From the IMG/VR virus record IMGVR_UViG_3300005466_000024, positions 32,001 through 96,000 of that record: 64,000 nt of DNA; one strand, written 5' to 3'. Positions 36,549-46,428 of the stretch are shown here, piece by piece. The notes beneath the pieces were generated by a model. It searched no databases, was not told where the DNA came from, and saw nothing but the letters and a program-made list of their open reading frames with translations. Source of the stretch: a virus. Both the position numbers and the translations under genes were made by a program. How positions within the stretch are numbered: position 1 is the first letter of the stretch; each line of letters starts with the position of its first letter.

Positions 36549-39500
36549 CTATCCCAGGTAGTGGGTTCCACGAAGTTCGTCCTCAGTGGGCAGGTTGCGT
36601 GCCCCCAGGACATGGCTCTCGCTCTCCAATTCCCTCTGCTCGGCGAGGGTGAAGTGGCGACCGGCGGTCTTGAGGAAGGCCTGTGCGCGACCGGCGATGT
36701 CCGCCATGGAGTAGTCGCCCCCACCGCCCGTAGGGGCGTCGCCACCGAGGGCGGTCGATGCGATGTTGGCCTGGAACTGGCGCACGATGTCCGAGCCCTC
36801 GCCGGATGGCCGACCGATGTCCGCCTTGGTGGCCAGCGCCTCCGGCGAGCCGCCCATACGAGTGAGGGAGGGGATCTGATCGTGGCGCAACAGGCCCGCG
36901 GCCAGCTGGTCGCGCTGGCGGGTGATCCCAGCCGAGCGGGTCGCCGGCTGGGTGGGTGGGGCGGCGTAGTCGCCTACCCCCGCACCACCCGAGAGGGGTA
37001 GTGCGCTGCCGCCGGTGTCGGTGGGGATCGCCGGGGTGGCGTAGACGCCGGGATCCTCGGCCTGACCCTCCTTCAGCGCCCATTCATCGAAATCGGGGTG
37101 CTGACTGATCCCCTCCATGTAGGTGTCGAATGGACGATGTTCCTTCTCCTCTGGCACATACCCATGCGGGAACCACTCTCGATGCAGGTCATCGGGAATT
37201 GCGCCCTGCCTGGGCCGCTGCTGCGGCTTGCCCTCGTCGGTGTACTTGGTCAGGCCGCCCTCAGTGGTGACGTCCTCGAGATCGGGACGTTCGTGCTTGT
37301 CGACGTAGTCCTCGGAGGTGCCCCACCACTGTTTGGGGTCGGGCCCGGATCCCTCGAACCCGTCGTTGGCCCAGTCCCCGCCGCCGGGTGCCTCGAACGA
37401 CCCGCCGGGCGGGATTTCGTCGTCGGCGCCGTAGTGCAGGGCGGCCACCAGTTGGCTGGCGTCGGCGCCGCGGTCGCGCAGCTCCTCAACCAGGTGGGCG
37501 ACCTCATCGTTGCGGTCGTCCATGTCTCCGAGGTCGTCATCGAGGGGTTCGTGGGCCAGGTTGCGCAACCGCTCGAGCAGTGCGGTGTCGTCGGCCTCGT
37601 GCAGCGCACCGAGCGCGCTCAGTCCGCCACCGATCGCACTGCCGATACCCGAGGCGATCGGTCCGGCGAGTTGGCCGACGCCTGAGGCGATCGGGCTGAT
37701 GATGTCGCCGATCATCCCGGGGTCGAACCCGCCGCCCATCGCCTCGTTGCGGTCGGCCGCTGCGGGTGGTCTGTCCGCCTCGTCCGGCGTGGTTCCCCCT
37801 GCGGGGGCGGCCGGATCGTTCAGCGCGGGGTCGGTGTTCGCCGGGCTGTTGGGGTCGTCCTGACCGATGTGCCACATCGGTTCGGGGGTGTAGGCGTTGC
37901 CCAGGGCGTCCATGAATGCCGAGGTCTTGCCGGGGATCTTGATCGTCTCGCCCGGCCGGATCAGGTCGGGGTCGCCGCTGGGGGCGTTCAACTGGCTGTA
38001 GTCCCCGCCCAGGCCGGCCCGCTCGGAGATGCCGCTCAGCGTGTCACCGGGTTTGACGGTGTAGCTGGAGCCGGGATCGATCGCGGTGGTGTCCGACGAT
38101 GGGGTCCACCCCGTACTGCCACCACCTCCGGTCGAGCCACCACTGGTCGCGCCAGTACCACTCGTAGCGGCGGCACCGGCCTCACCCCCGATGCCGGTGC
38201 TGGCCGCACCCCCGACACCGGCTGGACTGACGGCAGCGGGAGCGGTGGGTGCGGTACCCGTAGCACTGGGCGTGGGCAGCCCCAGGCCCTGGCTGTAGTC
38301 GCCCCAGAAACCACCACCCGTGCCACCTGGGGCCGTGCCACCCCCGATCGGGCCGCCGGGCCACATCATGTCCGCGAACCCGCTGCCTCCACTGGGAGTC
38401 GGGTTGTTCAGTCCCGGGTCGGTGTTCGCCGGACCGAAGAGGTCACTGTCGTCGGCGTAGTGGAGTCGGCCGAAGTGCACGATCTCATCGGGACCGGTGG
38501 TGTCGCGTTCGTCCTTGGTGACGTCGACGAACTTCTCGCGGTCCTCGTCGTCCTCGTCGTCGAGGAAGGTGAAGTTGGGGGTCAGCGACTGCGGGTGGGT
38601 GCGCAGCACGTCGGCGTGGCGCCTCCGGTGGGGGTCGTCCTCGTCCCATTCCTCCAGTTCATCGAGATCTGGTTCCAGCCCGTAGGGGTGTCCGCCGGTG
38701 CCCGCACCGAAGCTGCCCGGCCGGTCGGGATCACCGATGCCTTCGGGGTTGTGCTGCCAGCCTGCCGTCTTGTACACCTCGTCGGGATCGTTGACGTAGG
38801 GGACGTCGAAGTCTCGTTCGGGTGCCTCGGTCCGGTGGTCGTCGGCGTAGTCGAAGACCTTGTCGACGTCCTCGGCATCGAGGTCTGCGTTGGGGGTGGA
38901 CACGAAGTTGTCGGCAGCCGGCTGGTCGACGTGGCCGCCGTTGTCCTCGTTGACGTAGGTCTTGAAGTCGTCGACTGCGGCTCCGGAGCGGCTGCGGTAC
39001 TTGCGCTGCTGGGTGCCCGGCCCGGTTTCCAGGACGTAGTCCCCGGTGAAGTGCTCGGGGGATTCCTTCAAGTGCGCGGACTGCATCTCGAGGTACGTTG
39101 CGTAGCCGTGGCTGCACAGCCGCCCGACGTAGGACACCTTGCGTTTGAACGCCCAACTACCCCACGGGCAGGTGCACACCCAGGCACTGATCGACTGCTG
39201 CCCCAAGCCGCCGTGGGCTCCGGACTTGGAGATCATCACGTCGTAGGTGTCGTGGTCGCCCTCCACCGTCGCGTAGATGTCGTTCTTGGAGACGGAGTGC
39301 ACCTCGACCTTGCCCTCGCGGCGCAGCCGCATGGCCTTTTGCCGCACGTCGGCCCAGGCCGACGTGCGCAGCTGCTTGTCGGCCTCGATCAGCAGGACGT
39401 AACGCTTCATCGACTCGTCGTCGTGCAGTCGCGCGTAATGGGTGCCCACCCTGCTGATCTCGCCGAGCGGGTCGTCACGGAAGCGCTGCACGGGGTCGTC

Positions 39501-40217
39501 GCGGCGGGCGGCGGCACCGAAGATCGGGGCGTACTTGTCCGACAGTCCCGCTGGACGGTACATCGTTATCCCGGCCTGGTGTACGACGTCTGGCAGACCC
39601 TGGTGCCAGTCGTCGTCTCCCCAGGCGTTGCCGGCCGGATCATTGCCGCGGTCGGCGTGATGGTGGCGACGTTCGTGCTCGCGGATCAGGTGGCTCTGTT
39701 CGTCGAGCGGCAGGAAGCTGGTCGGGAAAGGTTCCTCGCCTCGGTCGTTGTAGGTGTGAAAGTCATCGGTGCCGTGTCCGGGTCTGTTCCCGCTCTCGGC
39801 CCAGCCGTCATCGCCATCGTCACCGTAGTAGCCGTGCCGAGGACGCACGCCGCCCTTGGCGAACAGTCGCGGGTCCGGGCCGGGCCAGGGCCGGTTGGGA
39901 CGTTCATCGTGGAAGGTGCGCGAATCGCTCGGGGAGAGTCGTTCGTCCCGGTCGATCTCCTGATCGCCGGGCAGAATGGTCGACTGATCTGCCCACATGT
40001 CCACCGGGTACTGCGGGCTGGGGTCGTAGGGCAGTGTCGTCGAGTTGGACTCGTTGACGTCGCCATCATCAATGGTGGTGGCCGCCTCGTGGCACAGCTC
40101 GGTGGCATCGATCCACGTTGCGAAGCCTGCGCCGGCCACCTTGTACTGGGTGCGTCCATGGACTCGCTCGGTGGCCACGATCTCGCCGGGCCCGAACGCG
40201 GTGGAAATTGTGGTCAC
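36549..40217 (-). CDS. Large multidomain head-region protein with SWIM zinc finger and LysM
   Basis: CTCPW...LCSHGYA (SWIM); YTVKPGDTLSGIS...DPDLIRPGETIKIP (LysM). Confidence 0.7.
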   Translation of the reverse strand: MTTISTAFGPGEIVATERVHGRTQYKVAGAGFATWIDATELCHEAATTIDDGDVNESNSTTLPYDPSPQYPVDMWADQSTILPGDQEIDRDERLSPSDSRTFHDERPNRPWPGPDPRLFAKGGVRPRHGYYGDDGDDGWAESGNRPGHGTDDFHTYNDRGEEPFPTSFLPLDEQSHLIREHERRHHHADRGNDPAGNAWGDDDWHQGLPDVVHQAGITMYRPAGLSDKYAPIFGAAARRDDPVQRFRDDPLGEISRVGTHYARLHDDESMKRYVLLIEADKQLRTSAWADVRQKAMRLRREGKVEVHSVSKNDIYATVEGDHDTYDVMISKSGAHGGLGQQSISAWVCTCPWGSWAFKRKVSYVGRLCSHGYATYLEMQSAHLKESPEHFTGDYVLETGPGTQQRKYRSRSGAAVDDFKTYVNEDNGGHVDQPAADNFVSTPNADLDAEDVDKVFDYADDHRTEAPERDFDVPYVNDPDEVYKTAGWQHNPEGIGDPDRPGSFGAGTGGHPYGLEPDLDELEEWDEDDPHRRRHADVLRTHPQSLTPNFTFLDDEDDEDREKFVDVTKDERDTTGPDEIVHFGRLHYADDSDLFGPANTDPGLNNPTPSGGSGFADMMWPGGPIGGGTAPGGTGGGFWGDYSQGLGLPTPSATGTAPTAPAAVSPAGVGGAASTGIGGEAGAAATSGTGATSGGSTGGGGSTGWTPSSDTTAIDPGSSYTVKPGDTLSGISERAGLGGDYSQLNAPSGDPDLIRPGETIKIPGKTSAFMDALGNAYTPEPMWHIGQDDPNSPANTDPALNDPAAPAGGTTPDEADRPPAAADRNEAMGGGFDPGMIGDIISPIASGVGQLAGPIASGIGSAIGGGLSALGALHEADDTALLERLRNLAHEPLDDDLGDMDDRNDEVAHLVEELRDRGADASQLVAALHYGADDEIPPGGSFEAPGGGDWANDGFEGSGPDPKQWWGTSEDYVDKHERPDLEDVTTEGGLTKYTDEGKPQQRPRQGAIPDDLHREWFPHGYVPEEKEHRPFDTYMEGISQHPDFDEWALKEGQAEDPGVYATPAIPTDTGGSALPLSGGAGVGDYAAPPTQPATRSAGITRQRDQLAAGLLRHDQIPSLTRMGGSPEALATKADIGRPSGEGSDIVRQFQANIASTALGGDAPTGGGGDYSMADIAGRAQAFLKTAGRHFTLAEQRELESESHVLGARNLPTEDELRGTHYLG

Positions 40218-40268
40218 GAGAGCCTCCGTCCTACCCTTTTCGGGGGACGGGGCGTAAGCCCTCTGAGG

Positions 40269-40883
40269 TTACCGGCCTGTCAGCGGGTAATCGATGTGGT
40301 TGCCGCCGAAGGCCAGCCGCAGCCGGTCGAAGACGATGTCACCGACGTAGTCCAGTTCGGCGACGTCGAGTCCGTACCCGGCCGTCACATGGGCCGTGAA
40401 CGGTCGGTGTTGACGGGGCAAGTTGAATATCCTGGTCGTTTCGGTGGCCAGCTCGCCTTGCAGGCCGGTCAACGGGGTCTCCTGCCCTGCCTGGTCGTTG
40501 ACCAGGTACACCGCGCACGGCTCGGGAGCTTCGTCGGTGTCGTCGTGCAACGGAACCGCAGGCTGGGGGTTGAACAGGGCGTGCCCGAACACCCGGGCGG
40601 GGATGGCCGGGTTCTCGCTGGCGAACTGGGCCGTCAACCGTTCTACCCGGTCCGGTGATTGCCCGGTCACGTCATCACCGAGGTACACCAGGGTCAGGTG
40701 CAGTTCTTCGACGGGTTCCCCGCCGGGGATGGCCAGTAGCTGTGCGCAGTCCTCGCGGGGTACGGCAGCGATCATGCCCCCGTGCTGCCGTGCGTCGGCA
40801 ACCCGCGGGGGCAGCGCCCCCATCAGCTGACGGTCGGCGTACGGGGTCTGGGCATCGAGGTACAGCCAGGTGTTGTCGGTCAT
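40269..40883 (-). CDS. 2H phosphoesterase (2'-5' RNA ligase family)
   Basis: Two HxT motifs, HLTL and HVTA, about 90 aa apart. Confidence 0.8.
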   Translation of the reverse strand: MTDNTWLYLDAQTPYADRQLMGALPPRVADARQHGGMIAAVPREDCAQLLAIPGGEPVEELHLTLVYLGDDVTGQSPDRVERLTAQFASENPAIPARVFGHALFNPQPAVPLHDDTDEAPEPCAVYLVNDQAGQETPLTGLQGELATETTRIFNLPRQHRPFTAHVTAGYGLDVAELDYVGDIVFDRLRLAFGGNHIDYPLTGR

Positions 40884-41206
40884 TCGATCACCGGGCCGGC
40901 CCCGCAGAACGGGCAGCCACTGGGTTCGATGCCGCAGTCGTCCTTGCGGTAGATCGGGGTGGAGGTGAACAGTTCGCGGTCGCTGTGTTCCCAGAACAGT
41001 TTCCAGTGCTTGCGCAGCTGGTTTATCAGTGTCTCGGTGGCTGGGTCGTCCTCCTGCACTGGGCAACTCACCGAATAGGGAATGTCGGCGGCGTTGCCAT
41101 CGCGCAGCGCTTCCACTCCGTGTGCCGTGAAGTAGTGTGCCAGACTGATCGCCTGGTCGGCGCTGTCAACCGGGAAGGTCTTGTAGTAGACGTCTGTGAT
41201 GGTCAT
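40880..41206 (-). CDS. Hypothetical protein
   Basis: GGAGAG RBS; C-terminal CPFCG; coupled to the 2H gene. Confidence 0.6.
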   Translation of the reverse strand: MTITDVYYKTFPVDSADQAISLAHYFTAHGVEALRDGNAADIPYSVSCPVQEDDPATETLINQLRKHWKLFWEHSDRELFTSTPIYRKDDCGIEPSGCPFCGAGPVIE

Positions 41207-41252
41207 GACACATCTCTCTCCTTGCTGACCGGGGGAGCCATTGTGTTGGCGC

Positions 41253-41555
41253 TTATTCCGTTCGCGCGCCGCGTTCTCCCGGTGCACCTGCGCCGTCGCA
41301 TGCTGTTTCCTCACGCCCATCACGGCCTGTTCGGTCGTGGTCACAGCGACCTGCACGACAGTTGACCTCGGGCGTGGGAGCTTTGCTGTCATCCAGCACA
41401 CCCATGACGATGTCGCGGTGAATGCGGTAATGTCCCCCTGGCAACCTGACACCCGTCAATTTGCCGTCAGCAATGTAGCGCTGAACGGTGCGCGATGATG
41501 TGCGCCACATCTTGGCGACCTGTGCAGACGTGAGGAGTTCGTCTTCCTCCACCAT
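41253..41555 (-). CDS. Excisionase/MerR-like HTH DNA-binding protein
   Basis: LLTSAQVAKMWRTSSRTVQRYIADGKLTGVRLPGGHYRI. Confidence 0.8.
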   Translation of the reverse strand: MVEEDELLTSAQVAKMWRTSSRTVQRYIADGKLTGVRLPGGHYRIHRDIVMGVLDDSKAPTPEVNCRAGRCDHDRTGRDGREETACDGAGAPGERGARTE

Positions 41556-41810
41556 CCGGCCCCCTCCTGACCAGAACCCCATTTACCCGAATTCCCATTG
41601 GCATTCAAGCCTGAAACCATATGAGCCGAGTCACACTCCGAACCAGGACCGGAGCCAGCATAAACCACATCACGCCAGGCACGCCAATCGCGTTGGCGCG
41701 TTTGTCGCGTTTGGCGACCTCGGGATGGCGTCATCGTCTCCACCTTGTCGTAAATTGGACACAAGGCGGCATTCAGCGGACATAAAGTATTTGAACAGGC
41801 CTCATTTTGA

Positions 41811-42770
41811 TTACATGATCGTGCTGCGCAGGGTGTCTGCCGGACCGTAGCCGAACTGTCGGCGGTACTGTGCAGCAAATCGGCCCAAGTGGACGAAACC
41901 GTATCGGCGTGCTATTGACGCCACTGTGACGGCACTGGGATCCGCGTGTGCCAGCTCATCGTGAACCCGCTGCAGACGTAGCTCGCGAAGGTAGGTCATC
42001 GGCGGCGGCAGGTCCGCATGATCGAATGCCCGGTGCAGTGCTCGGGCACTGACCGCCACTTCGCGTGCCAGCATCGCGATACTCCACGGGAATTCCGGGT
42101 GTTCGCGCATCACCTCGATCGCGCGCCCCACCACGGTGGGGCCCGCGCGCCTGCCCTCGGCGAGGATGTGGGAGTGACTGTGCCGTTGGCTCAGTAGCAG
42201 CCCCTCGATCAACAGTTGCTGCAGATGTTCGATCGTCAGCGGGTGGCTCAGGAGCTCGTCGGCACTATTGGCCTGGTGAACCAGCAGACTCAACACGTCA
42301 CGCCAGGTGCGGTGAGGCTCCAGGTGTCGGTCGAACGCAAGGTGGCCGTTCACGGACCGGTCGAGCAGCGCCTCCAACCGCTCGACCAGTACCGGCTTGG
42401 GGATGGTCAACGTCAGTTCGGTGAAGTCGGTGGAGAATCGCCCCCTGCAGGTCTCACCGGCGTTGAACACCGCCACCGATCCGGCCTCGCTGGTGCGCTG
42501 CTGGCCATCCTCCCAGGTGGTCTGCAGTCGGCCGGCCCGGAGGGTGGCGACGTGGTAGGCCGCGGCCCGGCCGCGCAGTGCAAGCTCTGCCCCGAAGGTA
42601 ACGTGCCCGAGAACCAGCATCGGCAGCGTCACGCTGGACAGGTGCATGTTCAGTCCAGTGGTCCGGGGTGCGACATCGACCGTCGTGGACTCACCGAAGA
42701 CCTGCCGCAGGGTGTCGATGCCCTGGCCGATGTCGGTGATGTGCTGCGGAGGATCCGTGCCGATGTTCAT
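41811..42770 (-). CDS. AraC-family transcriptional regulator
   Basis: C-terminal double HTH (WSIAMLAREVAVSARAL...VASIARRYGFVHLGRFAAQYRRQFG..P) and an N-terminal ligand domain. Confidence 0.92.
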   Translation of the reverse strand: MNIGTDPPQHITDIGQGIDTLRQVFGESTTVDVAPRTTGLNMHLSSVTLPMLVLGHVTFGAELALRGRAAAYHVATLRAGRLQTTWEDGQQRTSEAGSVAVFNAGETCRGRFSTDFTELTLTIPKPVLVERLEALLDRSVNGHLAFDRHLEPHRTWRDVLSLLVHQANSADELLSHPLTIEHLQQLLIEGLLLSQRHSHSHILAEGRRAGPTVVGRAIEVMREHPEFPWSIAMLAREVAVSARALHRAFDHADLPPPMTYLRELRLQRVHDELAHADPSAVTVASIARRYGFVHLGRFAAQYRRQFGYGPADTLRSTIM

Positions 42771-42840
42771 CGGGCAGTCACTCTAGCGCCGCTGTGCCGG
42801 GTTTTCACTTCTACTGTTTCGGCAGCGACCCCCGGGCGTG

Positions 42841-43188
42841 TTACTGCGGCTTCTTGCGCACCTCGTAACCGGCGCGGTCCAGGGGCTGCAGCAGATCGGT
42901 GACGATGGTGTTCACCTTCTCCCGGCGTTCGTCATCGCTCAATTCCTCCCACGGCGGGAACGTGGTCCTCAGCAGGTCATCCTTCACTGCGCCGGCCAAT
43001 TGCCTTTGGAGGTCTTGGCGCTGCTCCTCCCAGAGATCAGCGACCAGTCGCTCCACCGGAATCACCGTTCGTTGGAAGGGGGGCCGCGTCGGCAATGACG
43101 GTACCTTCTTGGTCGGTACCTTCTTCGATCCTGCTGGGGACGCTGGCACCGGGGTCGATACCTTCGTGCTTCGCGTCGTTGCCGTCAC
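42841..43188 (-). CDS. Hypothetical protein (start uncertain, overlaps upstream gene)
   Basis: C-half looks coding (PPWEELSDDERR); the 5' part overlaps 43037..43579 by about 150 bp. Confidence 0.4.
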   Translation of the reverse strand: MTATTRSTKVSTPVPASPAGSKKVPTKKVPSLPTRPPFQRTVIPVERLVADLWEEQRQDLQRQLAGAVKDDLLRTTFPPWEELSDDERREKVNTIVTDLLQPLDRAGYEVRKKPQ

Positions 43189-43579
43189 GGCCGATTTCCT
43201 GTTCTTCCGTCTCGTAGGCCAGGAGGCTGGTCACGGGCAGGATACCGAGGACGGCATCCCGTGTGATCCATCTATAGTGCGCCAGAAATTCCCGTTCCAC
43301 AAAGTCTAGGTCAGCAGCAGTCTTCTTGAGGACTGCCAATAGTTGTGCCCGGTCATCCGGCGTGTCGATTCCATGCCCCTTGTAACGTGTCGGCGGCCAA
43401 ACCACGGTGCCGTTCGGCAACCGCAGCCCGAACTCCTGAACTCGCCTCGTGGCAGGGGTTTCGTCCGGCCGCGACTCCCCGCTCTCTGGTGGCCATATGT
43501 ACCCCTCGAACGGGGGTGGTGCCAGCATGAGTTTGTCGCACATCCTACCGAATAGTCCCCGGGCCTTCTCGGTCATCAT
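43037..43579 (-). CDS. Hypothetical protein
   Basis: AAGGGGG RBS; directly after the portal gene. Confidence 0.6.
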   Translation of the reverse strand: MMTEKARGLFGRMCDKLMLAPPPFEGYIWPPESGESRPDETPATRRVQEFGLRLPNGTVVWPPTRYKGHGIDTPDDRAQLLAVLKKTAADLDFVEREFLAHYRWITRDAVLGILPVTSLLAYETEEQEIGRDGNDAKHEGIDPGASVPSRIEEGTDQEGTVIADAAPLPTNGDSGGATGR

Positions 43580-43596
43580 TACCCCCTTGAATTTTC

Positions 43597-46026
43597 CTAA
43601 TCCCATTCCGGTGTGACACCCGTCACGTATTCGTATTGTTCTGCCAGTTCCCGTGCGATATCCGCCGACTCGCGTGCCTGCCCGGCCATAATGGCAGGCC
43701 AGTCGGCCTGGAGCTGGGATTCGTGCGGCGAGTTCAGCAGGGCGTAGAACCCGGGATCGTGCACGAGATCCTCCATGCGGGGGACGGGATGGCGGGCGAT
43801 GACCTCGCGACGGCGCACCGCGTCGGTGACGCGTTGTTCGGAGGCGCGCCGCGCGCTGCCGTAGGAACTCGGCCCGCGTTCGAACTGGCTCAGTTTGCGG
43901 GTGTGCCCGTTGGTGGCGGCGGCGCGGGGGGCACCGGCGCGCAGGTCGTCGGACTCCTCGGGGCGCGCCCGATTGCGCGCCACCTCCACGGGAGGTGGCG
44001 CTGCCCCGAGCGGGGGCATGCCCGGCCCACCTGGGGGCGGGCCACCGGCCTGATCGTCCTCCATTCCCGGCGGTGGGGGTGGCGGCATCGGCACGGTGCC
44101 GGGTAGCAGTCCCAGCTGGCCGGCGGGACTCATCTGCGCGGCCTGCTGTTCCATCTGCTTCTGCTGGGTTTCCATCAGGTCGGTTTGGGCGAGCTGTTGG
44201 CGCAGCACCAGGGTCTGGGTCAGCCATTGGGCCAGTTCGGCCGGGTACGGCAGTTCCTTCTGGTCGATGATCTTCTGGGCCTTGGACATGGCCTCGGCCT
44301 CGGCGACCAGCTTGTCGACCTTCTCGTTGCCCTGGCGCACCAGTTCCTGGTCGAATTGCACCGGCAGGTTGACTGCCATGGTTTTGTCGGAAATCGGAAT
44401 CCCCATCTGCTTCAACTGGGTGATGAACGCCCGCTCTGTTTGTTCGTCCCGCAAATTCAGCGAGGAGAATCGGATTTCGGGGATCAGCAGCTTGGGCGCA
44501 CGCACCACCCTTTTCTCCCCGGTCTCCGGATCCTCTTCGATGACCTCACGGTACAAGGGGCGCCGCACCCCACCCTTGAGTTCGTAGTCGAAGTGCTCCT
44601 GGGCCTCGGCGATGACCTCCATCCGCTTGCGGATGTGCTGGACGACCTTGCGTTGGAAGCCCTTCATCAGCAGCTCGCACACCTCGCGGTTGAGGGCGGA
44701 GGAGGCGTAGGTGCCCGCCGCGGCGGTGCCGCCCATCACCAGCGCCGACCCGATCCCCCATGCCTGCATCAATTTCATGTCGATGCGTTCGTAGTCCTGA
44801 TCGAAGCGCGGCACCGCTTCGCGGCCGAACACCGGTTGGATCTGCAGCCCGAAGTGATGGCACATCAGCTTGAAGTCGGCGGCCAGCGCGGACTGGAAGT
44901 CGTCGCGCAGATCATCGAGTTCGCTTTGGTCGGGGATCCATGGTTCGCCGTCGCCCATGTCCTGGATGCCGAGGGTGGCCAGGATCAGCGGGCTGTAGAG
45001 CCGGTCGGCCACCGAGTCCTGGGCGGCGTTCAGGCTCTCCTCCATCAGCAGGGTGCCGAACGAGCGCATCAGGAACGGGGTGCCCCGCAAGTCCCAGGGG
45101 CTGGTCTTGTTGACGATGCGACTCCACAGGGCCTCGGAGATGTCCAGGCCGTCGTCCTGGGTGGCCGCGGAGATGACCTCCGGATAGTGCTTGACCAGCT
45201 GCTGGTACTCCCAGGTGCGTTCCTGGCGTTCGCTGTGCGATTCCTCGCCCAGCGCCATGCCCTGCGGGCCGGCGCGCAGCGATTCGACCATGTCCTTGAC
45301 CAGCAGCTGCACCCGCTCCTCGGTGACGAACAGGCTCTTGGAGACTCGCACCATGTCGGGGTTGAGGATCTCCTCGGAGCTCCAGATGCCCAGCTCCTCG
45401 TTGAAGTGCGCCAGCGAGGTCACCTCGCCGCTGATGTAGTACTCCCGGCCCAGGCATTCGGGCAGCCATTCCTCGTAGTTGAGCTGGTTGAGGAACATGT
45501 CGGAGTAGAAGTTCTCGATCTGCGGATCCTTGGACACGAATTCCAGGCCGGTGAGCGGGAAGCGGGCGTAGATGTCGATGAGCAGCGGCACCAGGTCGTG
45601 GATGCAGTAGAACAGTCGACTCCAGGCCCGGGCCTCCGACAGCTGTTTGGGGTCGGCGATGTCCAGTGGGATGCCCTTGTCCTGCAGCGACATTCCGGGG
45701 GTGCGTATCTTGGGCAGGGCCATGGTCAAATCGGAACCGGTGCGGCGCAGCCCTCCGGTACGCGCCGCGTTGGCCAATCGGGAGCGGCGCATCTGTGCGC
45801 GCACTGTGCGGGTATTCTCCGACAGCGCCCCGGGGGTGTTGACCATGCCCTCGACCTGTTTGGCGGTGATGCGGGCCTGCACCGGGGACTGGGGCAGGCC
45901 GGGGTAGCCGGCGGCTTTGAGCCGGCGCAGTTCGGTGTCGAAGCCGCCCGTCACCAGTCCCGACGAACTGCGGCTGACGCCGCGCCGATCGGTGACGCTA
46001 AATCCTCGAGGGCCTGGGGCTGTCAC
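43597..46026 (-). CDS. Portal protein
   Basis: 809 aa; WSRLFY...LIDIYARFPL, ILNPDMV, RGTPFLMRSF..L..EESL..AQ..VADRLYSPL, Pro-rich C-tail; lies in the head module. Confidence 0.8.
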   Translation of the reverse strand: MTAPGPRGFSVTDRRGVSRSSSGLVTGGFDTELRRLKAAGYPGLPQSPVQARITAKQVEGMVNTPGALSENTRTVRAQMRRSRLANAARTGGLRRTGSDLTMALPKIRTPGMSLQDKGIPLDIADPKQLSEARAWSRLFYCIHDLVPLLIDIYARFPLTGLEFVSKDPQIENFYSDMFLNQLNYEEWLPECLGREYYISGEVTSLAHFNEELGIWSSEEILNPDMVRVSKSLFVTEERVQLLVKDMVESLRAGPQGMALGEESHSERQERTWEYQQLVKHYPEVISAATQDDGLDISEALWSRIVNKTSPWDLRGTPFLMRSFGTLLMEESLNAAQDSVADRLYSPLILATLGIQDMGDGEPWIPDQSELDDLRDDFQSALAADFKLMCHHFGLQIQPVFGREAVPRFDQDYERIDMKLMQAWGIGSALVMGGTAAAGTYASSALNREVCELLMKGFQRKVVQHIRKRMEVIAEAQEHFDYELKGGVRRPLYREVIEEDPETGEKRVVRAPKLLIPEIRFSSLNLRDEQTERAFITQLKQMGIPISDKTMAVNLPVQFDQELVRQGNEKVDKLVAEAEAMSKAQKIIDQKELPYPAELAQWLTQTLVLRQQLAQTDLMETQQKQMEQQAAQMSPAGQLGLLPGTVPMPPPPPPGMEDDQAGGPPPGGPGMPPLGAAPPPVEVARNRARPEESDDLRAGAPRAAATNGHTRKLSQFERGPSSYGSARRASEQRVTDAVRRREVIARHPVPRMEDLVHDPGFYALLNSPHESQLQADWPAIMAGQARESADIARELAEQYEYVTGVTPEWD

Positions 46027-46050
46027 ACCCTTTTCGGCAGGACTGCGGAA

Positions 46051-46428
46051 CTATGAGATTCCTCCAGCGACATCGCTTGTGATTTGCCGGAGGCATATCT
46101 CCGTATACCATGCCTCATCTGGTACTTCTGGATATGCCTTCTCTATTAGAGCCACCTTGAATGACGGATAGATCAGCGAACCCCCATCTTCCAAGGAAAA
46201 GCTGATATCCCTGACGACGCCGGTCCCTTCGTAGAGCAGCCCGGCCAACCGGCACTCGACCTGATCACCCGGTCGAAACGGAACGGTTCGCATCAAAAAT
46301 CCCAATGCGCGGGCCACACTGGGGCCGGGCAGCTGCGCCACGCATCCCACGCAGTACTCCAGCCCGCGAGAGTCGGTGCGCACGACTTCGGCGACCTTCC
46401 TGCAGTTGGTGCACAGCCCGACGGTCAT
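46051..46428 (-). CDS. Hypothetical protein with N-terminal Cys motif
   Basis: LCTNCRK...YCVGC; ATGA coupling. Confidence 0.6.
   Translation of the reverse strand: MTVGLCTNCRKVAEVVRTDSRGLEYCVGCVAQLPGPSVARALGFLMRTVPFRPGDQVECRLAGLLYEGTGVVRDISFSLEDGGSLIYPSFKVALIEKAYPEVPDEAWYTEICLRQITSDVAGGIS

Noticed and set aside
41253-41555. Xis-like gene as evidence of an attachment site nearby
   Set aside because: No integrase or att-like repeat is visible, and such HTH proteins are common without recombination roles.
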